Shown: positions 26,534 through 35,668 of the stretch, in pieces
Layout: each line of letters opens with the position of its first letter
How positions within the stretch are numbered: position 1 is the stretch's first letter
Made by a program: the position numbers and the translations under genes
Assembly (NCBI GenBank): GCA_964425075.1
Contig: CAYRKM010000002.1
Location: forward strand, 64,058-128,057
DNA from: an uncultured Gammaproteobacteria bacterium
GTDB lineage: Bacteria; Patescibacteriota; Microgenomatia; Levybacterales; GWA1-39-11
Reading direction: 5' to 3'
Length of the DNA: 64,000 bases
The notes under the pieces: generated by a model
The model's input: the letters and a program-made list of their open reading frames with translations, nothing else
Database searches by the model: none
What the model was told of the DNA's origin: nothing

Positions 26534-27040
26534 TTAGCCCTTATTAGCTGCACCCAAATTAGCATCCGGCGCAAATACTTGCGCTACAATTTTTACCTCC
26601 GGTCTTTGCAAATGCCAATCTCTTGCTTGCCTCTCTCTTTGTAGGCCTCGCAAGTCCCCTACAGTAACTTCAATTGATTGGTGATCAATAGACAAACCAC
26701 CAGCGGGTAGCACTCCTGTCTTTGCATATTCACGATATCTATCTTGAATCATTCTGAAAGCTTTCGCTTTTTGTATTGAACCCTCTGTTACCAATAAGGC
26801 GTCCACTAAAGCACCACTTTGACTCTTAAACATAATTGCAAGGTAACCCTCCCATTCCTCGATAACCCTTCTTTCTTCAACCGTTAGGCCATCAATAGTG
26901 CCAGGAATTCTTCCACAATAAACATCAACTATGGGGGTCTCGTCGGAAAGAATAACTGCCTTAGCCCTAACACCAGTCAGAAACTCTGGAGTTAAAACTT
27001 CCATGTCTGGAGTTGTACCGACAACTTCTGCTCGTTGCAT
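26534..27040 (-). CDS. hypothetical protein (compositionally G+C-richer than its neighbours)
   Basis: 168-aa ORF, no family recognised. Hand count over 26581-26640 gives 27 G+C in 60 nt. Confidence 0.5.
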   Translation of the reverse strand: MQRAEVVGTTPDMEVLTPEFLTGVRAKAVILSDETPIVDVYCGRIPGTIDGLTVEERRVIEEWEGYLAIMFKSQSGALVDALLVTEGSIQKAKAFRMIQDRYREYAKTGVLPAGGLSIDHQSIEVTVGDLRGLQRERQARDWHLQRPEVKIVAQVFAPDANLGAANKG

Positions 27041-27089
27041 AATATAAATTGTTTGAGGGATTTTGAGGGAGATTTTTTTAAGAGAAGTA

Positions 27090-27551
27090 TTATTGTTTCC
27101 TACGAAGCTTTGCTACGTATACAATTTCCTGAACTGTCCCGTCAGCTGCTTCAAAATAATTTTGTCCAGAAAGCTGACTATATTCCTGTATATAATTAGA
27201 AAGTTCACCCTGCGTTTCTTTCAAATTTTCTTTTACTTCATTAAGTTTTTCAACAACGTGTTTTACGTCTGACCTCTTAAATATTTCTTTTTTAGTGTTT
27301 CCTTTTACTCTTGCTGCTTCCTTTGCTTTTTCCGCGTGATCCTTATATGTTGCATCATTTGCAAGTACGCTGTCAAGCATTTCCTTATGCTTTAAAGCCT
27401 CTTGGCGAAGATTTTCTATTTCACCGAGATTAGAATTTATAAGATTAGTAAGACTTATTATTGTTTGGGCCGTATTTTCTCCATCAGACACTGGAGTTTC
27501 GTTAATTACTTCTGCTTCAATTACTTCATTTTGAGGTGAATTGTCGTCCAT
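27090..27551 (-). CDS. hypothetical acidic coiled-coil-like protein
   Basis: 153-aa ORF on the same strand, 49 nt upstream of the previous ORF. No family recognised. Confidence 0.5.
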   Translation of the reverse strand: MDDNSPQNEVIEAEVINETPVSDGENTAQTIISLTNLINSNLGEIENLRQEALKHKEMLDSVLANDATYKDHAEKAKEAARVKGNTKKEIFKRSDVKHVVEKLNEVKENLKETQGELSNYIQEYSQLSGQNYFEAADGTVQEIVYVAKLRRKQ

Positions 27552-27642
27552 AGATTACCAATATACTCTAAATTAAAGTGCCAAATCAAGAGGGAAAAGA
27601 CAAAATGGGGTATAATATATTGTTTGCTTAAGCATTATTTCT

Positions 27643-29013
27643 ATGCGAAATTATTTGATCTGGAGAGTGCTATTGTATCTTCGTTTTTGGGCCAAGGTTG
27701 CATTGTTTATTGGTCGACCATATGTGATTGGAATTGCTGGTTCCGTCGGAAAATCATCCACCAGAAACGCGCTTGCTGCAGTATTGAGTGAACACTTCAA
27801 AACAAAAGTGGTTGCAGGAAATTCAGAGACCGGGGTCCCCCTTGGTATTTTAGGATTGGAACTTTCAAGCTACAGCAATAAAGAGTGGCTTTCACTTATT
27901 TATAAAGCACCACGCGCTATTTTAAATCTAAGAAAAACACAATATCTTATTGTTGAAATGGGAATAGATGATCCTTATCCACCAAAAAATATGTCATATT
28001 TACTGACAATAGTAAAACCACATATGGCAATTGACCTAAACGCAACCGCAACCCATACAATGCAGTTTGAAAAACTTTTGTCGCGTCATACAAAGGACAG
28101 TTTGGAGTTTATTTTGGGCAAAATTGCAGATGAAGACAGCAAAATCATTACGAACGGATTTACAAAGGTTGGAATATATAATAAAGACGACTTAAGACTT
28201 AAGGAAAGAATTGAGAAGAAAACGACCAAGGCAAGGCTTTTAACTTTTGGGGCCGATAACTCTAGTTCTATTTATTATAAGGATTACATCCTAACGACAA
28301 AAAAAACTAAGTTTTCTTATTTGTTTACCACAGAAAAAGGGGACAAGGAAATTGAAATATCTTTTCGTGGAATGCTTTTGCCTCCAGCATCTCGCGAGAG
28401 CTTTGCTGCAGTTATGCTTGCAGGAATAGAATTAGGATTAAAGCCAATACAAATTAAAGCGTCGCTAGAAGCAAATTTCACAATTCCAAATGGACGCTCA
28501 TCATACTTAACAGGCATTAAAAATTCACTTATTATTGACTCCTCTTATAATTCTTCAAAAAGCACAGTGCTCTCATTCCTTGACATGTTAAAGCTTTTAA
28601 AAGACCGAACTCGTAGACCAATTGTATTTGTAATGGGAGATATGCGTGAACTTGGAGCCCAGGCAAAAGAAGAGCACGAAGAAATAGCACAAAAAATCCT
28701 AAATATTGTTGATGAATTACATTGCGTTGGACCTCTAACTCAAGAGTTTGTAGTTCCCATTGTAAGGAAGGGTATGGGAAAAAAGGGAAAAACTAAAAGA
28801 GTAGAGTGGTATAAAAATGCTATTCAGGCAGGACTTCATATAAAAGAAGAGTTAAAAAAGGATTCAATTATTCTTTTTAAGGGTTCTCAAAATGAAATTT
28901 TCCTTGAGGAGGCCATCAAATTTTTACTGGAAAACCCAAATGATACGAAATTTCTATGCCGCCAGGATGAATTTTGGATGAATAAAAAATCAGAATTCTT
29001 TGATTTCTCTTAG
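27643..29013 (+). CDS. Mur-ligase-family protein (MurF-like)
   Basis: P-loop IGIAGSVGKSSTRN near the N-terminus. The central and C-terminal Mur ligase layout ends in FKGSQNEIFLEE-type sequence. The substrate assignment is tentative. Confidence 0.65.
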   Translation: MRNYLIWRVLLYLRFWAKVALFIGRPYVIGIAGSVGKSSTRNALAAVLSEHFKTKVVAGNSETGVPLGILGLELSSYSNKEWLSLIYKAPRAILNLRKTQYLIVEMGIDDPYPPKNMSYLLTIVKPHMAIDLNATATHTMQFEKLLSRHTKDSLEFILGKIADEDSKIITNGFTKVGIYNKDDLRLKERIEKKTTKARLLTFGADNSSSIYYKDYILTTKKTKFSYLFTTEKGDKEIEISFRGMLLPPASRESFAAVMLAGIELGLKPIQIKASLEANFTIPNGRSSYLTGIKNSLIIDSSYNSSKSTVLSFLDMLKLLKDRTRRPIVFVMGDMRELGAQAKEEHEEIAQKILNIVDELHCVGPLTQEFVVPIVRKGMGKKGKTKRVEWYKNAIQAGLHIKEELKKDSIILFKGSQNEIFLEEAIKFLLENPNDTKFLCRQDEFWMNKKSEFFDFS

Positions 29014-29028
29014 AAAATAGACGGCAAC

Positions 29029-29298
29029 TTAGCGTGTCTTAGATTTCTTTTTTCCACCCCAATTCCAGTAAGGCTTCTCGCCAGTTAAATAGCAAATTCC
29101 AATTAAAACAACACTTAGAATTATTACATTTGGAACAAAATTTATAATAGTATCAGTTACTGAATGGGAATTTGAATCAATTGAAAAAAACAACATTATT
29201 ACAACTAATACATACAAAATAATTACACTCCAGCCTTCCCAGGTAGCTGGAGTCCATCCCCAACCATATTTTTTGGCCTTAAACCATTTTTCTTTCAT
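29029..29298 (-). CDS. small membrane protein (hypothetical)
   Basis: 89 aa, two predicted TM helices, Trp-rich N-terminus. Confidence 0.5.
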   Translation of the reverse strand: MKEKWFKAKKYGWGWTPATWEGWSVIILYVLVVIMLFFSIDSNSHSVTDTIINFVPNVIILSVVLIGICYLTGEKPYWNWGGKKKSKTR

Positions 29299-29420
29299 AT
29301 ATTTATATTAACCAATACGCTTGTTGTATTCAATCTTCATGTATCCAATGAAGCTATGCCTTTAGAAAAACATCAGGCACTATTGAGGAATTTAAATTTT
29401 GCTGATAAGCTAAATTTAAG

Positions 29421-30080
29421 ATGTTAAGGCAACTAAGTGATAGAATTCTTCGACTTAGAATTAAAAGAGACGAGAAGGAAGTAAAAATAGGTTTTCTAAT
29501 TACTGGATTAATAATAATCTTACTTTTTGCAAATGTATTCTATCTAAATTTTATAGTCATCAAAACCAATTCCAAACCATCATATTCAGCCTCCAATCCA
29601 CAATTCCCCTCCCCAACAGAAACAATTCAACAAAAAACTGAATCTCTTACTCAAACCCCCACCCAAATTCCTGTGCAACAACCAAAGCAGAGTACTGAAA
29701 CCTACAATATTGTTTATAAAGACTATTATTTTAATTTGGGTTCAGGCTCCAATCAATCAAGCGACTGGGCAGACGTTCCAGGCGCAATTGCAACCTTTAA
29801 TATCGCTTCATATAAAAATATTAAAGAAGTTAGACTTGAAACGACTACGAATGTTCCAACAGCAAATGGAACAATATCTGTAAGACTTTTTAACAAAACG
29901 GATGGTTACGCGGTTTGGAATTCAGAACGTACTGTTCAAGCTGAATCTCAAGGAAGTCTTTTAATTTCCGAGAAAATTAATTACGATTATGGACCAAAAA
30001 TGTATCAAGTGCAGATGAAGTCGCAGCTTAATGTTCCTGCCACTCTAACTCAGGCTAGAGTACATGTTGTTGCAGAGTAA
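29421..30080 (+). CDS. hypothetical membrane-anchored protein
   Basis: 219 aa, one N-terminal TM helix, a Q/P/T-rich linker, then a beta-rich domain. Unrecognised. Confidence 0.5.
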   Translation: MLRQLSDRILRLRIKRDEKEVKIGFLITGLIIILLFANVFYLNFIVIKTNSKPSYSASNPQFPSPTETIQQKTESLTQTPTQIPVQQPKQSTETYNIVYKDYYFNLGSGSNQSSDWADVPGAIATFNIASYKNIKEVRLETTTNVPTANGTISVRLFNKTDGYAVWNSERTVQAESQGSLLISEKINYDYGPKMYQVQMKSQLNVPATLTQARVHVVAE

Positions 30081-30231
30081 TGAATTTCCCGCGGGCATCT
30101 GCCCGGGGCACTTCTCTCACTGCTTCTTCGGGAGTAAAATCCCTCGAAGCAGAAAATTTCTTCGCATTCATTCTCGGACTTGCGTCCGAGGCTTTCTGCG
30201 AAGTAAGATAAAGAAATTTACAATAAAATAA

Positions 30232-31074
30232 ATGAAAATACTTTTACTAATTCTTGTTTTATTGCTAATTCCACCCTCCGTTTTTGCACATGGAGGAAAT
30301 GATACCCCCTTTGAAATAAATGGGGAAGAGGTACTAGTTAATCCTGCACAGATAACTCGAAACGACCTTTTTGATCTTCCTCCAGATAGTGATCTTGGCC
30401 CCAAAAATTATTTAGTAAATCAAACTTTAACTTTTTCTATCGATACATCAGAACTACCTTATGAAGACAAGGAAGTCCACGATGCAAATTTTATCTGGGA
30501 CTTTGGAGACGGCACTAAACTTAATAAAAAAGGGGCAACAACTTATACATATACTTACAAAAAACCTGGAACTTATAACCTCGTTGTGTATTCAGATTAC
30601 GCGGGTGACGGAAAGCAACTCGTTAAATCTGTACTTATTAACGTCATTCCAAACCTAAATTACAAGCTTCCAATTGCTAAAATCGCTATCAATGGAATTG
30701 AACTAAAAGAGAACAAATTATCGTTACCACTTGGAAAAAACAACACTTTTGATGGATTAAGCTCAAGTGCCGCCTCATCGAAAATTGTTTCATACGAATG
30801 GGATTTTGATGATGGATCAACAAGCAAAGAGAAGACAGTCACGCACAAATATAAATTACCTCAATATTCTGCTTCTGTTGCGCTCAGAGTAACCGATGAA
30901 AATGGGTTTTATTCAGACGCCGTAGTAAACCTTACAAACAATGGAAGCAACGAACCAAGCATTTTTGATAACTTGGGAATTACTAAGAAGTTATTTGCGA
31001 TAATAATCCTAGGGGTATTAAGTTCTATTTTTCTTGTATTTATTTTAAGAAAAAGGTTATTCAACAAAAGTTAA
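30232..31074 (+). CDS. PKD-repeat surface protein with C-terminal TM anchor
   Basis: Signal peptide. Two PKD-like modules (WDFGDGT...Y.Y..PG.Y.V and WDFDDGSTS...H.Y), then a C-terminal TM helix and a basic tail. Confidence 0.7.
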   Translation: MKILLLILVLLLIPPSVFAHGGNDTPFEINGEEVLVNPAQITRNDLFDLPPDSDLGPKNYLVNQTLTFSIDTSELPYEDKEVHDANFIWDFGDGTKLNKKGATTYTYTYKKPGTYNLVVYSDYAGDGKQLVKSVLINVIPNLNYKLPIAKIAINGIELKENKLSLPLGKNNTFDGLSSSAASSKIVSYEWDFDDGSTSKEKTVTHKYKLPQYSASVALRVTDENGFYSDAVVNLTNNGSNEPSIFDNLGITKKLFAIIILGVLSSIFLVFILRKRLFNKS

Positions 31075-32256
31075 AGCAACACCTTTTTTACCGGCTCTTC
31101 CAGTTCTTCCAATTCTGTGAATATAGTCCTCGTATGAAGTTGGTGCGTCGTAATTTATAACGTGAGTTACATCTTCTACATCTATTCCACGAGACACAAC
31201 GTCAGTTGCTATAAGAACTTGTAATCTATCTGTTTTGAAGTCCTCAAGAGCCCTCTGGCGCTGATTTTGTGACTTATTACCATGAATTGCTGCTACCCTA
31301 AAACCTCTATCCGCTAAAACCTTACTAAGCTTTTCCATTCCCCATTTAGTGCGTCCAAATATAAGGACTTTATCAAAACCTGGCTGAATAAGAAGATCAT
31401 GAAGAACATCAATTTTTGCTTGTCTTCCATTAATTTTTATAATGTCCTGATCGATATTTTCAGCCGTATCATTTTGCTTTACAGAAACAGTTACGGGATC
31501 ATTTACAAAACTTTGAAGAATTTCGTTTGTTTTTCCGTCAACTGTAGCTGAGAAGAATAATGATTGACGTTTTTTGGGCAAAAGAGAAATAAGATATCGA
31601 ATTTCGCGAATAAATCCTATATCAACCATTCTATCTACCTCATCGAGCACAATGTTATTAAACAAAGCCAAGTTGAGTTTTCGTCTTTCTATCAAATCCT
31701 TAAGTCTACCTGGAGTACCTATAACAAAATGGGGGCTGTGGCGTAACTCATGCATTTGGCCTTTAATGTTAACCCCACCAATTGCTGCTACGGCTTCCAA
31801 ACCGGTTCCTTTTGCAAATATTCTAAATTCATCGGCTATTTGAACGACCAATTCACGTGTTGGTGCCACAATGAGCACGCGCTGGGTTCTGTCAAGAAAA
31901 GCCTTATTGATAAGGGTTATAAGAAAAGCTGCGGTTTTGCCTGTTCCTGTGTTGGCTATGCCAATGATATCTCGACCTGAAAGTATTTCTGGAATTGCCT
32001 TTATTTGAATTGCTGTTGGGGTGGTGTATCCGTGATCTGCAATATTTCTCTTTAATTTTTCGTCAATAGCATAATCATTGAACGAAACAGAACTATCTAC
32101 TATTTCCAAGGGTTGTGTAACTTCAGTATTTGCTTTTCTTATGAAAAGCTTTGGATCAAGTTTTTTTCCCATTCCACGACCACCACCACGTCCATTAAAT
32201 GGAGTAGGGCGACCATTATGCCTGCTATGTCCGTTATTGTTTCTTTGTTTATACAT
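31057..32256 (-). CDS. DEAD-box ATP-dependent RNA helicase
   Basis: Q-motif region, ANTGTGKTAAF, PTRELVVQ, DEVD (a DEAD variant), SAT, HRIGRTGRAG, and an N-terminal RGG-rich tail. Confidence 0.9.
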   Translation of the reverse strand: MYKQRNNNGHSRHNGRPTPFNGRGGGRGMGKKLDPKLFIRKANTEVTQPLEIVDSSVSFNDYAIDEKLKRNIADHGYTTPTAIQIKAIPEILSGRDIIGIANTGTGKTAAFLITLINKAFLDRTQRVLIVAPTRELVVQIADEFRIFAKGTGLEAVAAIGGVNIKGQMHELRHSPHFVIGTPGRLKDLIERRKLNLALFNNIVLDEVDRMVDIGFIREIRYLISLLPKKRQSLFFSATVDGKTNEILQSFVNDPVTVSVKQNDTAENIDQDIIKINGRQAKIDVLHDLLIQPGFDKVLIFGRTKWGMEKLSKVLADRGFRVAAIHGNKSQNQRQRALEDFKTDRLQVLIATDVVSRGIDVEDVTHVINYDAPTSYEDYIHRIGRTGRAGKKGVALTFVE

Positions 32257-32475
32257 ATTATTAGTTTATCTTTATAATACACAAATACGTCTGCTCCAAA
32301 ATGAAATCGTTAGAATGATAGATGATACAAGTGGAAAATGAGGTATCTTTTATCTTTTCAAAAACTAATCATCGAAAGCAGAAGTACTTATGTACTATCT
32401 GCGACTAAATGAATTATACCATAACAAAACCATCAAATCAAACTATAGGGTAATTTTTGGCTGAATTTAGCCTAG

Positions 32476-32661
32476 TTATTTCGATTTTTCTGGCAGGTAC
32501 CAAAGGAGAAATCCGCCAACCAAGAGAATTGATGAAACAATACGGCCGTCCCCAGCTGTTACATCAAATGAAGGTGCAAAAAGAAATCCATTCCAATGAG
32601 GGAAAAACCAAATAATTCCGCTCAAGACAAACAATAATATTGAATTATTCCTTTTGTTCAT
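32476..32661 (-). CDS. small membrane protein (hypothetical)
   Basis: 61-aa ORF with two hydrophobic segments. No other support. Confidence 0.4.
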   Translation of the reverse strand: MNKRNNSILLFVLSGIIWFFPHWNGFLFAPSFDVTAGDGRIVSSILLVGGFLLWYLPEKSK

Positions 32662-32688
32662 GAAGAGATTATAGCACGGCCTTAATAG

Positions 32689-33141
32689 CTACATCGAAAG
32701 TCTTTCAATTGAGGTCTGGTTATCTGAGAAGAATAGTTTTGTTGAAGGTTGAATTCTTAATTTTTTCAATTCATTAAGCCCAAAAAACTGCAATATGCGT
32801 CCTTCAGCTCTTTGCATGTTATTAACATGCTTATCGCTTAATCTTGCATGGAATAAATATTGGACTACGTCATTATGAACGACACTTGAAAGGAAAGTAA
32901 CTCTATCTAGTTTTATTTTAGTTTCACGCTCAACCTCTTGAAGAATTGTTTTTTCAGCCGATGTATCTTTAAGCTTGAATTTTTTAATAAAATGCCACGC
33001 ATCACTATTTTGTGGCTCAAGGATATTTTCTTGCTGCAAAAGAAGAACTTTACCCTTATATGTAAGAAGAATGAGGCATAAGCCTATTGTGGATGACACT
33101 AAAGATAGTATAGCACTGTGGGAGACTAAAAATTTGAGCAA
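32689..33141 (-). CDS. hypothetical protein (possible degenerate Nudix fold)
   Basis: 150 aa. N-terminal hydrophobic helix. QEVERETKI weakly recalls the Nudix-box REVxEETG. Confidence 0.4.
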   Translation of the reverse strand: MLKFLVSHSAILSLVSSTIGLCLILLTYKGKVLLLQQENILEPQNSDAWHFIKKFKLKDTSAEKTILQEVERETKIKLDRVTFLSSVVHNDVVQYLFHARLSDKHVNNMQRAEGRILQFFGLNELKKLRIQPSTKLFFSDNQTSIERLSM

Positions 33142-33210
33142 TCTGGACTGAGCTGCTTTAGTATTTTTGCTTTCCTTGTCTCCATTTTAAAAGACTCTTC
33201 CTAATTAACT

Positions 33211-33987
33211 CTAATACATACCACTGACATCACAATTTGTACCAGAAATGGGGGAACTGGTATTCCCTAAGAGCGAAAGGAATTCTGATCGAATTGGTTG
33301 GACAAATTGGTCATATGGACATACAGCTTGCTTGTCTACAAAAATACCAAAGTCAAAGTTGTGTGCGGAAGGAGTACCCGTAGTTGTTCCAATTTGTTGA
33401 CCAGCTTTTACATATATATTGTTTTTTGGTCTTGCATCCCTATCATCAAAGCCGGATCCGGGTTTTAACTCAAGTGGTTCAGATATTGGCTTTTGAGATG
33501 TGATCTCGTCAATTGGATCCGTAATATGGTTTATTCGATACATCGTATGGCAATCCACGAAGAAAACAAGGTCATAATCTGGTTTTGACAAATCTGATGA
33601 TAAATCTGCTCGCGTTTTATAAAAAATTTGTACTAACACCCCATCTGCTGGAGCAAATACTGGTATGCTTTGCCTATTTTTTATCCAAAGGTAAGTAAAG
33701 CGTGCGTCTCCAACCAACTTCCCTGGAGAGATAACGCGAATTGAGCTTGCAGTAGTAACTGCCGAAGTGAATGCACCATTCGCAGTGGATCGTGGCGCAT
33801 CAATTATTCCATAATCTGTTGAACAAGTATTCTGACTACTATCCGAATCATTTGAGGTTCCATATTTACCATCCTGGTTAGCTTTATTTTGATTATTTAC
33901 CTGTTTGTAAATATTGTTATACAGCGCCCCTCCAACCAATACCAAAACTACTATTCCTAAAGCAACAAATAAGAGTTTCCTATTCAT
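33211..33987 (-). CDS. hypothetical secreted protein (possible degenerate M23/LytM-like C-terminus)
   Basis: I use the ATG at 33987 (MNRKLLFVALGIVVLVLV...). VKAGQQIGTTTGTPSAHNFDFGIFV resembles the M23 G..IG..G.TG...HLHF block, but the catalytic residues are changed. Confidence 0.5.
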   Translation of the reverse strand: MNRKLLFVALGIVVLVLVGGALYNNIYKQVNNQNKANQDGKYGTSNDSDSSQNTCSTDYGIIDAPRSTANGAFTSAVTTASSIRVISPGKLVGDARFTYLWIKNRQSIPVFAPADGVLVQIFYKTRADLSSDLSKPDYDLVFFVDCHTMYRINHITDPIDEITSQKPISEPLELKPGSGFDDRDARPKNNIYVKAGQQIGTTTGTPSAHNFDFGIFVDKQAVCPYDQFVQPIRSEFLSLLGNTSSPISGTNCDVSGMY

Positions 33988-34128
33988 TTTTATATATTTT
34001 TTTTCAAGTTTTAGTATTACATCCTCCCAAAAAATAATCAATATGTACAAGGCTAGCGGTTAGAATTAAACAGAGCTTAAGGTGTTTTCAAAGAATTGTC
34101 GAGGCTAAAATAAGAGCAAAAACCCTTG

Positions 34129-34199
34129 CTGCCGGTCCTGGATTCGAACCAGAATAAACGGATCCAAAGTCCGTTGTCCTACCGTTAGACGAACCGGCA
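34129..34199 (-). tRNA. tRNA-Gln (TTG)
   Basis: Hand-folded. U1:A72 acceptor, anticodon arm ACGGA-CTTTGGA-TCCGT, T-loop TTCGAAT. Confidence 0.9.
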
Positions 34200-34345
34200 A
34201 AAAATAAACTCGGGCAAATCACTTCACCAGAGCCTACCAATTATATACCTGTTTTGGGATATTTTCACCTTTTGCAAAGCAAAATCGAAATCTTTTTAAG
34301 ACAAAAGTCGTGCTCTTTTTGAAGGAAAAGTTCTATGACTAAGAA

Positions 34346-34786
34346 TTATTCGCGAGTATACAAACCCAATAGTTCGGCTTTATCGATTACATGATGCTCC
34401 ATCATCTCTTCCAATTCCTGCCTAGTGATATCCTCATTTGCATCAAGCATTGTGTTAAGAGCATAAAGTCTGAAAAAATACCTATGTGGACCAGTTGGAG
34501 GACAGGGACCCCCATATCCAGCATGTCCAAAATCAGTTACGCCCTCAACACTGTCTTCAGGAACAGAATCCTCCCCAATTCCTCGGGTATGCGGATCTAT
34601 ATTAAAAACAACCCAATGAACCCAAACTTTACCAGGAGCATCAGGATCATCAACTATAAGAACAAGACTTTGGGCATCTTCTGGTACATCCTGAAACACT
34701 AACGGAGGATTTATGTCCTCTCCATCGCATGTATATTGAGTTGGAATGTTTTGGTTATGTGTAAAAGCTGGACTTGTTATTCTCAC
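34346..34786 (-). CDS. YbhB/YbcL-family PEBP (Raf-kinase-inhibitor-like) protein
   Basis: DDPDAP, HWVVFNI and GYGGPCPPTGPHRYFFRLYAL signatures. GTG start. Confidence 0.85.
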   Translation of the reverse strand: MRITSPAFTHNQNIPTQYTCDGEDINPPLVFQDVPEDAQSLVLIVDDPDAPGKVWVHWVVFNIDPHTRGIGEDSVPEDSVEGVTDFGHAGYGGPCPPTGPHRYFFRLYALNTMLDANEDITRQELEEMMEHHVIDKAELLGLYTRE

Positions 34787-34854
34787 ATATTAACTCTACC
34801 AAAAGAGTTAAATAGACACAATAATATAATTTTGGTAGAATATGTAACACGTTT

Positions 34855-34938
34855 GGGCTTGTGCTGAAATTGGTATACAGGCATGCTTGAGGTGCATGTG
34901 TCAGTAATGGCGTGGAGGTTCGAGTCCTCTCAGGCCCA
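34855..34938 (+). tRNA. tRNA-Leu (GAG)
   Basis: Hand-folded class II tRNA. Anticodon arm CATGC-TTGAGGT-GCATG, long variable arm, T-loop TTCGAGT. Confidence 0.9.
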
Positions 34939-34975
34939 CACAGAAAGGTTTGGATAGGACTCGGATTTTGTCAAA

Positions 34976-35029
34976 GAGTCCTCTCAGGCCCACTTCGTCC
35001 GCCTACCGGCGGACTCAGTGCGGGCACTT
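34976..35029 (+). repeat. displaced duplicate of the tRNA-Leu(GAG) 3' end carrying the CTTC...AGTGCGGGCACT trailer
   Basis: The 17 nt GAGTCCTCTCAGGCCCA at 34976-34992 equals 34922-34938, and the trailer-family sequence follows it. A 5'-end fragment TTTGGGCTTGTCCTGA at 35056-35071 matches 34852-34867 at 15 of 16 positions. Confidence 0.8.
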
Positions 35030-35089
35030 TTATAAATATAGAATAGGTTTTCCTTTTTGGGCTTGTCCTGAGAAGGCAAAGCCGACGAA

Positions 35090-35162
35090 GGGCGATTAGC
35101 TCAGTTGGTAGAGCGCTTCGTTTACACCGAAGATGTCAGGGGTTCGAGCCCTCTATCGCCCA
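35090..35162 (+). tRNA. tRNA-Val (TAC)
   Basis: Hand-folded. Acceptor GGGCGAT/ATCGCCC, anticodon arm CTTCG-TTTACAC-CGAAG, T-loop TTCGAGC. Confidence 0.9.
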
Positions 35163-35186
35163 CAAAGATATGACCAAGTGAGATTT

Positions 35187-35259
35187 GCCAAGATTGCCAA
35201 GTTGGTCAAGGCGCGTGTCTGAAGAACACGTTATCCGGGTTCGATTCCTGGTCTTGGCA
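35187..35259 (+). tRNA. tRNA-Phe (GAA)
   Basis: Hand-folded. Acceptor GCCAAGA/TCTTGGC, anticodon arm CGTGT-CTGAAGA-ACACG, T-loop TTCGATT. Confidence 0.85.
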
Positions 35260-35264
35260 CAAAA

Positions 35265-35519
35265 ATGCAATATTTTGTGTACATTCTTGAATGCAGTGAT
35301 GGTTCGCTTTATACAGGCTATACAACTGATATAGAGCGAAGGGTGAAAGAGCACAACAAAGGAAAGAGCGGAGCTAAGTCTGTACGAGGGAAATTACCTG
35401 CCGAATTAGTTTACTCCGAAACCTTTGTAACTCTTTCAGAGGCATTGAAACGAGAAGCTGAAATCAAAAGTTGGAAGAGATACGAAAAACAAATGTTAAT
35501 AGCGACGAAGCGGGCGTAA
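35265..35519 (+). CDS. GIY-YIG nuclease-superfamily protein (stand-alone URI domain)
   Basis: 84 aa. YVYILECSDGSLYTGYTTDIERRVKEHN is the canonical GIY-YIG block. It starts 6 nt after tRNA-Phe. Confidence 0.85.
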   Translation: MQYFVYILECSDGSLYTGYTTDIERRVKEHNKGKSGAKSVRGKLPAELVYSETFVTLSEALKREAEIKSWKRYEKQMLIATKRA

Positions 35520-35567
35520 GAACCTTTCAATTTCATTGAAAGAACCTTGACCCCGCTCACTACGTTC

Positions 35568-35639
35568 GCGGGGGTAGTTCAGTGGTAGAACGCTTCCTTG
35601 CCAAGGAAGAGGTCGCCGGTTCGAATCCGGTTCCCCGCT
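35568..35639 (+). tRNA. tRNA-Gly (GCC)
   Basis: Hand-folded. Acceptor GCGGGGG/TCCCCGC, anticodon arm CTTCC-TTGCCAA-GGAAG, T-loop TTCGAAT. Confidence 0.9.
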
Positions 35640-35668
35640 CATAAACGATTTCTTTAGTACCTCAAAAC

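Noticed and set aside
30168-30404. 78-aa minus-strand ORF spanning the structured spacer and the 5' end of the PKD gene
   Set aside because: It overlaps the signal-peptide region of a better-supported plus-strand gene and the hairpin-rich spacer, and its sequence is low-complexity.
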